A stretch of DNA of 64,000 bases from contig MU061578.1 of the NCBI GenBank assembly GCA_013265495.1, positions 9,308 through 73,307 on the forward strand. The letters are read 5' to 3'. The notes under the pieces were generated by a model. That model searched no databases and was not told the DNA's origin. It saw only the letters and a list, made by a program, of their open reading frames with translations. Position numbers and translations under genes: made by a program. This document shows, one piece after another, positions 52,435 to 64,000 of this stretch. The stretch comes from Vicugna vicugna. Lineage: Eukaryota. Every line of letters begins with the position of its first letter. Within the stretch, counting starts at the first letter, position 1.

Positions 52435-53105
52435 TCTGTTAGGAAGGCTACCAGCAACAAGTCGAAAGGTTGACAAGTATTGGCAAAGATGTAGAGAAGG
52501 GGGAACCCTTGTGCACTGTTGGTAGGGATGTAAATTGGTACAGCCATTATGGAGAACAGTATGGAGGTTCCTCAAAAAATTAGCTACAAAAGTACCACAC
52601 GATCCAGCAATCCCACTCTGGGTATATATCCAAAGGAAATGAAATCAGTGTCTTGAAGAGGTATCTACACTCCCGTGTTCACTGCAGCGTTATTCACAAC
52701 AGCCAAGATATGGAAACAATCTAAATGTTTGTTGATGGATGAATGGATAAAGACAGTGTGGTGTTACATACACAGTGAAACATTATATTACATTTACGTT
52801 ATTCAGTAAAGAATCCTGCCATCTGCAATAACATGGGTGAACCTGGAGGACATTGGGTTCAGTGAAGTAAGTCAAACACAGAAGACAAATACTGTGTGAT
52901 CCCACTTATACATGGAAACTAAAAGACTAGAACTCATAGATACAGAGTAGGATGGTGGTTACTAGAGGCTGGGAGAGGCTGGGGGATGGGAGAAAAAGGG
53001 AAATATTGATCAAGGGGTACAAATTCTGTTACATGATGAATAAGTTCTAGAAACCTAATGTACAGCATGGTGACTATAGTTAATAATAATGTATTGTATA
53101 CTTAA
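52435..53105 (+). mobile_element. L1 (L1MA/MB-like) ORF2 end and 3' UTR, sense part
   Basis: caagtattggcaaagatgtagagaa...gtaaattggtacagcc...gatccagcaatcccact...tacagcatggtgactatagttaataat. Confidence 0.9.
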
Positions 53106-53849
53106 ACTTTTTTACAGAAGAAACATGATCCTGACCTGGCATAGTTCACTTCCTTGGTTGCCATGATGGTTTAAAGACAAAAGCTTGAGTTTGCTGAATT
53201 AAGGGTTTTGGAGAGGCAGGCAATGAGAAGTAAGACAGACCATGGTTAATTAGTGGATTAGAGGCATTCTTCCTCTTTTATGTCTCTCTGGGCAGCTGCT
53301 TTATCAACTGCTATTCGTTTAGCCTCTCAGATTACCAGTCTGGTTCTTCTAATTGATAGATTATTTAATCTTCTGTTTGTCTAGATTCCCAGGACACGTT
53401 CACATGGCACAGTGCTGGGATGACTAAAATTCAGTAGATTTCAGTTGGATGAATGAACGGAGGCTGGGTGTTGCCGCCTACGCACCATGCCCACAAATGA
53501 GGTGCCTCTCATCATAAGGAGGGTGGTACCTGTTTGTGGTTTATTACCACAGCGGTTACAGCAGCCCAGGTGTGACTGACTGAGTGGAAAGAGACAACAC
53601 CTGGGAAAGCATCTTAATTATACTCTTTGTAGAAAGATAAGGTATCAAAATGACAGTATTTAATAGTAATGGCACAAAACTAAGTAAGAAACAGATTGGA
53701 CATGAAATAAAAGGTGGAGTGAAATGTAAAGAAATATTATACCTAGGTATATAATGCAGCTTTCTCAACTTAATGCCAGCTGCTGCCTACCCCAACCTTG
53801 GGCTGATATGATCACAGATGGATGTTTAAAACGTGCCTTAGGTTCTAGA

Positions 53850-53982
53850 GCTGTTTTTCTCAAAGTGTGGCCCATGGACCACCTGCATGAGAGCAACGCA
53901 ACCAGAATCTCTGGGGAGCCAGAATCTGCATTTGATACAAAGTCCCAGGTAAGTGTACGCACAAGAAGGTTTGAGAACAAAC
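53850..53982. mobile_element. MER5A-like hAT MITE
   Basis: tttctcaaagtgtggcccatggaccacctgcat...aatctgcattt...tttgagaac. Confidence 0.7.
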
Positions 53983-54509
53983 GTCCCAGATTCATGGGCA
54001 TGACAGGGACACGTTTCTCAAGGGCCATGCACATCTGGACTTGCTGTGAGTCTGCGTTATCAAGCTGAGAAGGTAGAGGAGAGGGACTGGGGCACAATGA
54101 ATTCTAGAACAAGGGGAACGGACGGCGGGGGAGGCATGAGAAGAGAGATGAAACCTGCCTGGAAGAAATCAAGCGAGTCTGAAAGAAGAAGGGTGGGTTT
54201 TAAGTAAGATTTGCAGGATACTGAGGTCACATAGAGTGAAAAAGGGGCCCCGAAAGGAATGAAAAGGGAAGATGAATGAATGTCTTGGGCAAAAGGAAAT
54301 TCAGCTACCGTAGTCCAGTCCACAGGCCTGGGAAATTGCTTGAGTTAGAGATGGTGATAAAAACCAACCAACACGGAGGACATCTCGGGAAAGTCATCTG
54401 TGGTAGGAGCGTTAAAAATATGAAAAATAGGGGAAATAAAGCTGGAATTACAGATGGAAACGGTAGAGAACCTAAATATCATGCTGATAATGCAAAGCCA
54501 TTTACTTTT

Positions 54510-54935
54510 TTTTAACACGAAACATAAAATTTACTTTTTAAGCCATTTTAAAGCACACAGTTCAGTGGCATTTAAGCACATTTACATTATTGCATGACTA
54601 TCATCACCATCCATCACCAGAACTTCTTCATCTTCCCAAACTGAAACTCTGTACCCCTTAATTCCCCACTCCTTCTCCTCCCCAGGCCCTGGTAACAACC
54701 ATTCTGCTTTGTCTCGTTGAATTTGACTACTCCATGTAACTCATGCCAGTGGAATCATACAATATCTGTCCTTTCATGGGTGGCTTATTTTGCTCAGCAT
54801 AGAAATTTTAAGGTTCATCCATGTTGTAGTGTGTGTCAGAATTTCCTTCTTTTTCAAGGCTGGATAATATTCCATTCTATGTATATTCCATGTTGTGTTT
54901 ATCCACTTGTCTGTTGATGGACATTTGGTTTGTCA
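54510..54935 (-). mobile_element. Old L1MB-like 3' end
   Basis: cagttcagtggcattt...ccagaacttcttcatcttcccaaactgaaactctgtaccc...gttgatggacatttggtttg. Confidence 0.85.
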
Positions 54936-55967
54936 TTTAATGCTTTTGAACAAAAAGATTGTCCGTCTGGGCATTGATGGAGAAAAGTGGTTGAGGAGTT
55001 GGGAGGATGGGCAGGAGTTTGGAATGGGGAGGCACTGCTGGCTCTTTGTGGCCAGACAAGGAATCTGGGGGCTGGCTACCCAGGAAAGATAAATAAACTT
55101 AATGCTGCTACTAACTAGTGGTGAGTGCATTACTTGCTCTGTTAATTGAGGGAAAAGAACTCTGTGATGGATTAGCTATGTCTTCCACGCTCTTGGCAGA
55201 AGGGGGACTGACAGTCCTGTATTTACATTCCTGGTCTACATTGTTTGGGTAGTTTCATAGCCCCACTGGGTAAAGCGTTAGCTTCTCCAGCCCTTTAACC
55301 AGTGCTAAGGGGCTGCTGGGAGTGTCTGAAGGGTCATTTCCAGCTTCAGATTATGGCTCTGGTTTAAGAGGTTTGAGCAATTCAGCCTCCGCCCTTGGCA
55401 GTATCTTGAACTGAAGGATCAATAGTGTTTTATTTCGTTTTCTCTTCCCTCTGCTGAGTCATCAGTGATGACGGGACAGCCCTGGAATTCTTGATCACAG
55501 GAATCCGTGACAGTCCTTCTTCTAGAAAATAAATGTGTGCTCCTTGACTCAAACTCAGGTCAAAGCGAATTGTTGGGGACTGGATGCTTTCAGCAGGCAG
55601 GGACTCTTCCACCTGTACCTATGACCTTGGGCTCCAACCTATTTTGATTCATTCACATCTTTGTAACAGGCTCCCTTGTTCTTGCCTGTCCAGCATCCCT
55701 TCCCTCTTCTTCAAGTAACAGTCCTTGGCTCTTCCCCAGGAGAAGTGTCCCTGTCCCATTCCCTGTGGCCTCAGTGGGGCTTTCAGGCGAGGTGCCCTGC
55801 CCCGTTTCTACCCTCAGCCACAGGGCAGGGCCATGAGGAAGGCTGGCCAACCAGGGCTTTCTCCAGCCCTGGCAGTGAGCGATTCAGGGGGAGAACCCAG
55901 ACCCAAGCCTGACTCTTTAGAGTTTACACCTGCACAGGGCAAAGGAAGGAATCTTTCTTTTAGATCA

Positions 55968-56170
55968 CAGGGTGGCAAGTGTTTTCTGCAAAGATCCAGG
56001 AGGATCTTTATTTAGGCTTATACCATCTGAGTCACAACTACTCAGAGCTGCTGTTGTAGAGGGAAAGTAGCCACAGACAAAATACATAAATGGATGAGCG
56101 TGGCTGTGTTCCAATAAAACTATTTACAAAAACAGGTGGTTACCGGATTCTCCCCATTGCCAACCCCAGT
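55968..56170. mobile_element. MER58A-like hAT MITE
   Basis: cagggtggcaag...gtcacaactactcag...gtggctgtgttccaataaaactatttacaaaaacagg...gccaacccc. Confidence 0.8.
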
Positions 56171-58951
56171 TTTAAATTAAAACCATTGGAATGCAGGAAT
56201 ATAAGACCCACCTCATGAAGAGAGCTGTCTAGCACCAACTCAGAGGAAAACAGAAGTACAAGTCAGAGTGAACAAACTTCAGCAAGAGCCACTGACTCCT
56301 GGATCTAGCCATGCCTGAAGGTGGCTGTCCCTTGAATAGCCAGTTACATAATCTGACATTATCCTTGATTGCTTAAAGCAATTTGATACGGATTTTTGCC
56401 CTTAAAGAGAGTCTTGACTCATATAGACCTTCTCCAGCAGTCTTCTCTTGTAACCCTAAAACTGTAAACTGCCTGAGCAGGAAAGAGTTCGGAAGCAGAA
56501 AGAGGGAAGGGTTTTTTAAAATCGTAGCTTGGAGGCTGCCATGAAGCCTTACCACCTGCCAGAAGCAGGGAGGCTGATCCCAGGCACCCACAGCCCACCC
56601 AAGCCCCAAGACACTCCTTCAACCATTGATGGAGCAACTCAATTTGCCAGACACTGCGCCCTGATCTGGAAGGAAGAGAAGAGTGGACACTGATTAGCTT
56701 GAACAGTATATGTGCAGTGTATGTATGTACTGGGGACACGTATACATAACATTTCATGCCATCTTTACAGCCTGAGAAATAAGATCATTATCCTTATTTT
56801 GCACTTAAGGAGTCAGCAGTACAACTCGGCGAGGTGCAGTGATTTGCCCAAGTAACCACGATAGTAAGTGAAGAAATCAGGACGGAAGCCCAGCTCTGGG
56901 GGCTCCGAAGTCCAATATTTCCCCCAGCCCCGCTGCCATCTTCCCGAACAAGAGACCAAGAGCGGGCCTTTGTCCCTGTCACAGAAGCAGCATGTTTATG
57001 ATAAGCCTGTATGTTACACAGATGAGGAGTGGAAGAAAGAGACGCCAATGGCACCTGTCACCCTGTTCACCAGGTGCGTTATAAGCAAACCCGGGCCCAT
57101 TAGCTGTAAATACCGACTCCAGCTCTTCTTTCAAGTAAATTGGTGGTATTGAATTAGAAAATTTCTCTCTGCAAAATGCTAACAATGCAGTGGTGCTTAA
57201 ATTTTATGTGTGCGAGATTATGACTAGATACATAAAACAGGAGGAAAAATCTGCAGCTGACAAGAGTTGGGTACACAATGATTCTTCCTTTCTTTTTTTT
57301 TTTTTTCCTTTTCTCTCAGCCTCTTTCCCAAACAGTTCTTGAGTAGAAGAGTTTCTTTATGGAGAAAGTTAACAACAAAACTGCTGACTATAAGCTGGTC
57401 CATGGCATTCATACGGGGATCTGGACAAGCTGGTGGCTTCTGCTTTTTTGGGAAAGAATCAAAGACTGGGGACACTGCAGCCTCCTGAAAAATAGCGACA
57501 GTCCTGCTCAACCCACTGGCGGCTGGGATGTGGAAGGGGGAGCACTGCTTCTGTTCTGCTTGGGGCTGACTTGGCCCCCGGAGCTCTCGCTGCAGGGCGT
57601 TGTGTGGGCAGAGCTCAGGCCCTGGGACTGATGGAGAGAGAAGAAAGGGAAGGGGGACAGAGTCAGGGCGTTCTCTTTTCTCCCTCACTCTCCTTTGGCA
57701 GACAAGAGAAGGATGAGAAGAGGGTCAAAGAGACAGGCAAGACGGAGGGGGACTGACACGGAGTGACAGAGATGGGAGAAGAATTCGGGGGAGGAATCAG
57801 GAAAAGTGGAAGATGAAAGAGTTCAGAGCAGAGCCTCGAGGACAATCAAAGGAGGCACAGAGATACCAAAGGAGAGAAACACACAGATGCAGACACACAC
57901 ACGTACGGGGAGAAACGTGTGTGCGCACACAGGCACACATACACCCGGAGAGAGAGGGAGGCAGGGAGAGTGCAAAGAGAAACATACACCGTGGACAGAA
58001 ACAGAGGGGGAGCCTTTCTTGGTGTCTTTAACTGTGACATTCAACCTGAGAGAAGGAGGCAAGCTAACTCCTTTTCTGAGCCCTTTAAAACTCAACATGC
58101 ACCTGGAATGTGCTCTGACTGGGAGGACGTTTGCACAGCCACGGAGAGCCCACCCCCAGCCTGAAGATGCTCCTCGGGCAGCAGCGGCTTTGCACAGGCA
58201 TCCTGTCCATGGTCCGAGAATCTGAACCCGTTGTCCTGGCAGCTGATCCCTCCCAACCCTGGCGACACAACATGAGTTTGCACCAACCCCCTCTTGGCCC
58301 CCCGGCAGCCTGACTCGTGGCCTCCAGTGTGTCCAGCTGCGCCTGCGTGTCAGGACACACTGACACCCCACAGCCACACCCTGGCATCCTCAAAACTCCC
58401 AGCAGCCTCTGATGTGACCCTCGTGCTATCTTTGAACCAACATCCTGGTGGACGAACCATGACCTGGGTTGACCCGGTGGGCACACGGTGGCCTGAGAGA
58501 GGCCCACAGTGTGAGCGAGTTATTGTTACTCTGACAGGAGATTGTGTGGTATTTGTGCGTGCATGAAGATTTGTGTTGTTCTTTTCCAATAAAGGGGATG
58601 CCGTCTTGGAGATGTTTCCATATTTGTTCATACAAACCAGCATCATCTTTGGTCTGGTGGGAGTGGTCGCCACAGTTCTGTTGTACCAACACTGTGTTAG
58701 ATGGGTCTGTATGCATAGACAGTTAAATTGTTTTCACTGTTTTTTTGCCGCTCCAACAAATGTCAATAGATCCACCTCTGTGTGCACACGTGTATTTCTC
58801 TAGATAATGACAGCTGCATTTACTGCTCCGAAGGGCGGGGCAAGCACTGCCAAGTTAATTTCTGAGTCTCTCTGCTCCAGTCTTGTTTCTGTGCCCGGAA
58901 GCAGGGTGGCAGGGTCACTGAAGATGTTTTTAAGAATTCTGCTAACCCCCC

Positions 58952-60041
58952 TTGGTAGGCAGAATAAGGACCCTCCTCGCAGATATCCAAGATCTCATCT
59001 CTGGAATCTGTGAACATGTTATATGGCATGGCAAAGAGGAACAAAGGCGGCTGATCAGCTGACCTTGAGGTGGGGAGTTTCCCCGGACTACCGAGGTGGG
59101 CCCATGTAACCACGGGGATCCTTACGAGACAGGAGGGAAGGGGGTAGGACACAGCCATTAAAGGAATGACACAGCAATTGGCACCAAGATGGCAGAGAAT
59201 TCAAATCCCGATAGATTCCTGAGGCCCAGGATGGCGGGAGATTCAACCTCCAGCGGACCTTGAGCTACATTATACACAGTGTAAGGTACTAGCATGGTGA
59301 ATGACACACCCACAGGCACGGCGGCAATTCCCAGGCTAACCATGAAAGGTCAGAAAGAGGGCGGTGGCCCAATTCCTGGGAATCTCCGCCCCTTCCCCAA
59401 GGTAGCTGGAATAACATTCTCACTTGTTAGCATATAAAAACTAGCAACACAGCGCCTCTTGGTCACTCGCTCTCTTGCCTTTTGAGATGGCTCGCACTTT
59501 GTCTATGGAGTGTGTATCTACTTTTACTTTAAACACCCCACCCCCGTGTACATCTCTCTAAATAAGTCTGCTTCTACTGAACTGTGGCTCTCTCTTGAAT
59601 CCTTTCCTGTGAGAAGCCAAGGACTCTCACTTGATGGGGTGCATCCCAGGGACTCAACTAAGACTTGGGACACGGCCATCCTCTCGTGTGCCCCCACTCC
59701 CTTTCCTGTATCACTTAGAAGTGGGAACATCCTCTTATATGTGGGAAAGGGAGACAGACAGGAGAGTCGGAGAGATGACGGTGTAAGAAGAACTTGGCTC
59801 CATGTCACTCACTGAAGATGGAGGAAGGGGCCATGGGCCAAGGAATGCAGGCAACTTCTGGAAGCTGAAAAGACAAGGAAATGAGTCCTTTCCTTGAGTA
59901 TCCAGAAAGGAATGCAACCCTGCCAGCATCTTGATTTTAGCCCAGTGAGATCCACTTTGGACTCCAGGGGCGTAAGATTATAAATTTGTGGGCTTCTACA
60001 TTTGCGGTAATTTGTTATAGCAGCAAAAAGAAATGAATACA
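58952..60041 (+). mobile_element. ERVL-MaLR LTR (MLT1D-like) split by a nested ERV LTR
   Basis: 5' half tggtaggcagaata...gggcccatgtaaccacggggatcctta; 3' half from 59714 ...ccaaggaatgcaggcaacttctggaagctg...ttgttatagcagca...aataca. Confidence 0.8.
59125..59713 (+). mobile_element. ERV1-like solo LTR nested in the MLT1 element
   Basis: Perfect 4-bp TSD CTTA (59121-59124 / 59714-59717). Termini (C)GAGACAGG...CCTGTATCA; TATA-like catataaaaa at 59431; aaataag at ~59560. Confidence 0.8.
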
Positions 60042-60128
60042 ACTCTTAGCCCAAAGCCCCATCCCAACCCCAACCTGGAACAAAGAGGACTCTATCTCTG
60101 GGAGTAGTTTGATGGAAATCGTGAGTGG

Positions 60129-60705
60129 TGTTACCCCAAAACTGGGGTTGCCTCTTGGTGCATGTTGAACAAAAAGACACGACCAAGCCAAAGACTGGGA
60201 GAAGGAAGGATTTATTACTTGCTGCAAGTAAGGAGAACACTGGGGATCTTTCCCAAAGGAGTGTCTCCCCAAACAGCCAAACTGGGGAAGTTTTAAGCTA
60301 AGGGCACCTGCATATTCACGAAGGGGCTCTGGGCAGCGTACGGAGTCCAAGCTTTAGTTGACTGAAGTCACAAGGGTCAGAAAAGGTCAATATCATCATC
60401 CCTTAGGTTCCCGTTGACCTGCTGGCTGAGCATTTCAGGCTAATCTTTACCACTGAAACAGAACGGGGAGACTTTGCAACTGATGGATTATCTCTGCTAC
60501 TGTTGCTTCTCTTGCCTGATAACAGTCATTTGTTTCTTCATACTTTTGTTCCCTTAAGATCACTGATTACTGAGACCTGTTCAAGGGCAAGCCTTGTGGC
60601 CAGACTCAGATCCCAAAATGGCTTAGGCCAAAAACGGCTTCTCTGCTGCCAAGAAAGCCAAGCCTGGTTCTCTTTCTCCGGGGACCCCCACCCTATCTGC
60701 TGACA
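60129..60705 (-). mobile_element. ERV1-like solo LTR (copy B)
   Basis: TGTTA...TGACA termini, near-TSD gtgg/gtag, TTTATT at ~60212; homologous to 39432-40112. Confidence 0.8.
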
Positions 60706-63700
60706 GTAGGGGGCTGCAGGAGGGGAGCCCTGGAGGGAGGCTGCCCGGGCCACCCGGTCAGTCGAGACCATATCAATATTTGCTGCCCAGAGACTCACAC
60801 TGTGACACCAGACTCCAGTCATGCTAGGATCACAGGCAGTCGCTACTGAAGGCACCTCCTCTCACTCCAAAGACGCCACTTGCAGACGTGCATGGGTGGG
60901 AGGTTTGTTTCTGCAGGGAGACAAGGTCTGATGGGAAGACAAGGAATTCTTCTCAAACCAAGCCCACTGCTGTGCCCACTCAGGAGGTGTCTCGGGTTCC
61001 TCGGCGAATGAAGCATCTTTGTGTGCAAGGTTACCTTGGCCAAATTCTCATTTTGAGGAGCATCCCCACAAGTCCTGTCCATCAGGACCCCGGCGGCGGA
61101 ATGAGCACTCCTGGTATCAGTTTTCTCTTGACTGCTGCTTTGCAGAAGCACTATTTCATCTCACCTTGCCCTTCTCTCTCCTTGTCTTTCTGCTTCCCCT
61201 TTCTGTTTCACACTACCAGACTCTCTCCCTTGCTCTCAAAATTAAAAGGGACTAGCAAATGCCTAGGCAGCCCGACATGCTGTGGCAGCATCAAACACTC
61301 CGGCCGGTCTGGGGCTGCTTCTGCCAGGGGCAATCAGCCCTGGAAGTTCGGAACAGTTGTGTAACAGGAAGTTTCAGTCCTCAACCTCTGCAGGCTGGGG
61401 CGCCGCCGAAGAGAACAACATCAGGTAGCATGTATCATCTTTAGATTCAGCAGAAAGAGAAAACACAATAAAGGTATTTCCATCTGTAGAAGTAAAAAGA
61501 GATCAGTGAAGGGCCGTGAACCCATGAGGCATCTGAGCAGATCCAACAGGAAGGAAGATTTTATCTTGAGGCAATTGAGGGTAGAGATTAAGACTGTTAG
61601 CTCTAGAGTTAGGTCCGAATCCTTGCTCCACCACACTGAGGCTTAAACTTTGAGACTTGTTTTCCCCATCCGTGACATGGGTTTCTCAGTCTCTATTCCA
61701 ACGTTTGCAAGAAAGCATTGATAAAAGAGAACCCTATATGTTTGACATTTTCGTTTTTGAAGCTCTAGCTTTGTAACCTTGGACAAGCCACTTTAATACC
61801 TCTGTGCCGCAGTTTTCTTAAATGCCGAACGGAAGTATCATTGGTACTCAGCAAGTTCTTTGGATTTAACACCAGTAAAGGTGAGATTAGTGCCTGGTAT
61901 TAGTGTGTGTCCAGTAAATGGCAATGAGGTTGTCACAGGAGTCTCATTTAAAATGATGGAAGCCCATCCTGACTCAACTCATGGAGGGCAAAAGGTGATG
62001 GTGGGTTATGCGCTTGAGAAATCAAACTATGGACAGGATGGGAATACAGCCAGAGTCTATTTCTCCTTCCAACTCTCAGCTTTCCCCTCTGTGCCTGCCA
62101 AGTTGTTTTTTTGTTTTTTGTGTTTTTTTGGTCTTTCTTAGAATGGCTTTCATCTGCTTCCATGTTATGTTTTTGTAGCTTCTCCACCTGGTAGAGTACA
62201 ACTCTACCTCCAGCCTCGGGTGGAAATACCCTGGGGAAGAAGTGTGACTGGTTTGGCTTTCATCTTGTTCCCCCATCCTTGGATCAATCACTGTGGCCAC
62301 AGTGGTGAGGTTCTGCGATTGCCTCAGCTTTAATCACGTGACTGTTTTGGGGGCTTGTATGTATGGTTGGAAAAAAAGGAGAAGTTATTTCCCCAAAGCA
62401 GGGAGGTGGCTCAGGCCGAAGTAGTAGACTTCTGCTAGAGTTAAAAAAAATTCCCTGCATATTTTTGGAGATATAAATGGTCCTCAGCCAATTGTCCTCA
62501 ACCTAGTGGCCTTAACCTCAAGGATTCTTATCTATAAAATGGGATTCTCAAAGTACTAGTAGTGAGAATAACATTTTTTACAACCTAATAGTGCAGGCAC
62601 ATAGTGGGTGCTTTATAAGTTTCTTTGCTCTTCCCCTCTCCACAGCCAGAGGCGCAGGAGGATGACCGCATGAGACCACAGAGCTTCCTGAGCAAATCCG
62701 CTGGAGAGCTGCCTCTCTCCAGGACCCCAGAAGGTCTAAAGCGAATGGAACTCGAGAAACACCGCTCTTACCACTTAGTAATTAGGCCGTGATTGTTGTT
62801 TATCTGTGCGCTGTACTGTAACTCCCTCTGCCCGAGGCTGGTGCTAGAGCTGGGAAAATAAAATTTCCTCCAAACTAATTTAGTTTTAAGAGGAAAATGA
62901 AAGTTTAACGTAGTTTAATGTTTCAGCAAAACCATAATGGCTGGGGAAGATTGGACAATGCGAACCAATAAAGCACCCTAATTCTGATAATAACTCAAGG
63001 CTTAACTCTTCCCCACGTCAAAACCCATCCTGATGCTGACATTCCACACAGGCCAACGCACATACAGCGGATGGTGGAATCATCATTCTTCTTTACTTGT
63101 TTTGGTTTATTTTTTAAAATAAACAGCTTCACTTTTGACTTTAGTGGAGCCCTGAGGACATAGCTGCTCATATCCTTTATGTGGCCCTGTGGTGATACTC
63201 TCAGGAGCACCCTCGGGTTGATGCATTTCCATTCCATTCACATGTTCTGCTCAGACCAGGGATTTGATTCTCAGGGAAAGAGTCCCAACCTTGGGTTGAA
63301 GGCAGGAGGCAGTTGTCCAAAAGTCCTAAGTTAAAACATGAGCTGTAAAAGGTGAACCCTCTGGGAGCCTAACCTTCTCATTTATGAAATAGACAGACTA
63401 AGAAGCAACTAGGGTTGCTGTGAGAATTAAACAGGACAGTGATATAAAGTATCTGGCCAATGAGAGAGAGAGAACCAAGAAGACAGCATCCCTTCACTTG
63501 CCACATTTGTTGAATACCTACTGTGTGACTGCCTTCATTATGTGGTCTAAGGATCCATAAAACTACGGAGGACAGGTCTTAGCATCCCAGATGACCTTTG
63601 CAGCTTTGCCTCCTGCCATCAGACCTGAAATAGCCTATGTTTCAGCCAATTAATATTTTATTTTTTAACCAAATTCCAGAAAACCTTTTTCTCTTTCATG

Positions 63701-64000
63701 TGTGTTATCCTTCCTGGCTTAGCTATATTTCCCCCTTCTTTGACCTGGAAAAGCTCCTATTCATTCTCCAAGATCAGGCTCAAGTTTCACTTGTTCTACA
63801 GTCTTCTCTGACTGTCCAGACATAGTTCCTTGCTCCCTTCACTGTCCTGCCATAGCACTGTTCCTATCTCTGTGATAAACCATATTTTAGTTTTATAACC
63901 TCTCCTCACATGTTTTACTGCAGCATGAGCTGGATATGTTTTCCTGGTGTCCAGGTGTTTGGTCCATGTCAGGGTGATAAATGATTAGAGTGTGGATGGA

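Noticed and set aside
40113..60128. Internal region of a full-length provirus between the two related LTRs
   Set aside because: Too long, no PBS/gag/pol/env seen, full of older repeats, and LTR B has its own near-TSD.

Overview
Mammalian genomic DNA, almost certainly a camelid (alpaca/llama/camel), judged from a Vic-type tRNA-derived SINE and several young L1 3' ends. The only protein-coding gene I can support is TMEM114 (PMP22/claudin superfamily) on the + strand: exons 37-250, 554-634, 8288-8425 and 9763-9995 give a 666-nt CDS of 221 aa, with all three introns GT-AG and phase 1. The remaining ~54 kb is gene-poor; by recalled human synteny it should run towards RBFOX1. It is filled with MIR, L2, L1, MaLR/ERV LTRs and hAT MITEs, with an orphan CpG island (~15.2-16.1 kb), several AT-rich homeodomain-motif blocks that look like conserved enhancers, and a 13-N gap. 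I found no convincing new biological system, CRISPR array or foreign insert. The best second-look items are two apparent L1 3' transductions, a twin-primed inverted L1, an ERV LTR nested in a MaLR LTR, related solo LTRs with a duplicated POU-dimer motif, an intronic TAATCGATTA motif cluster, a strong CTCF motif, and a speculative distal in-phase exon. Repeat subfamily names come from recognition, not RepeatMasker, and repeat boundaries are approximate.
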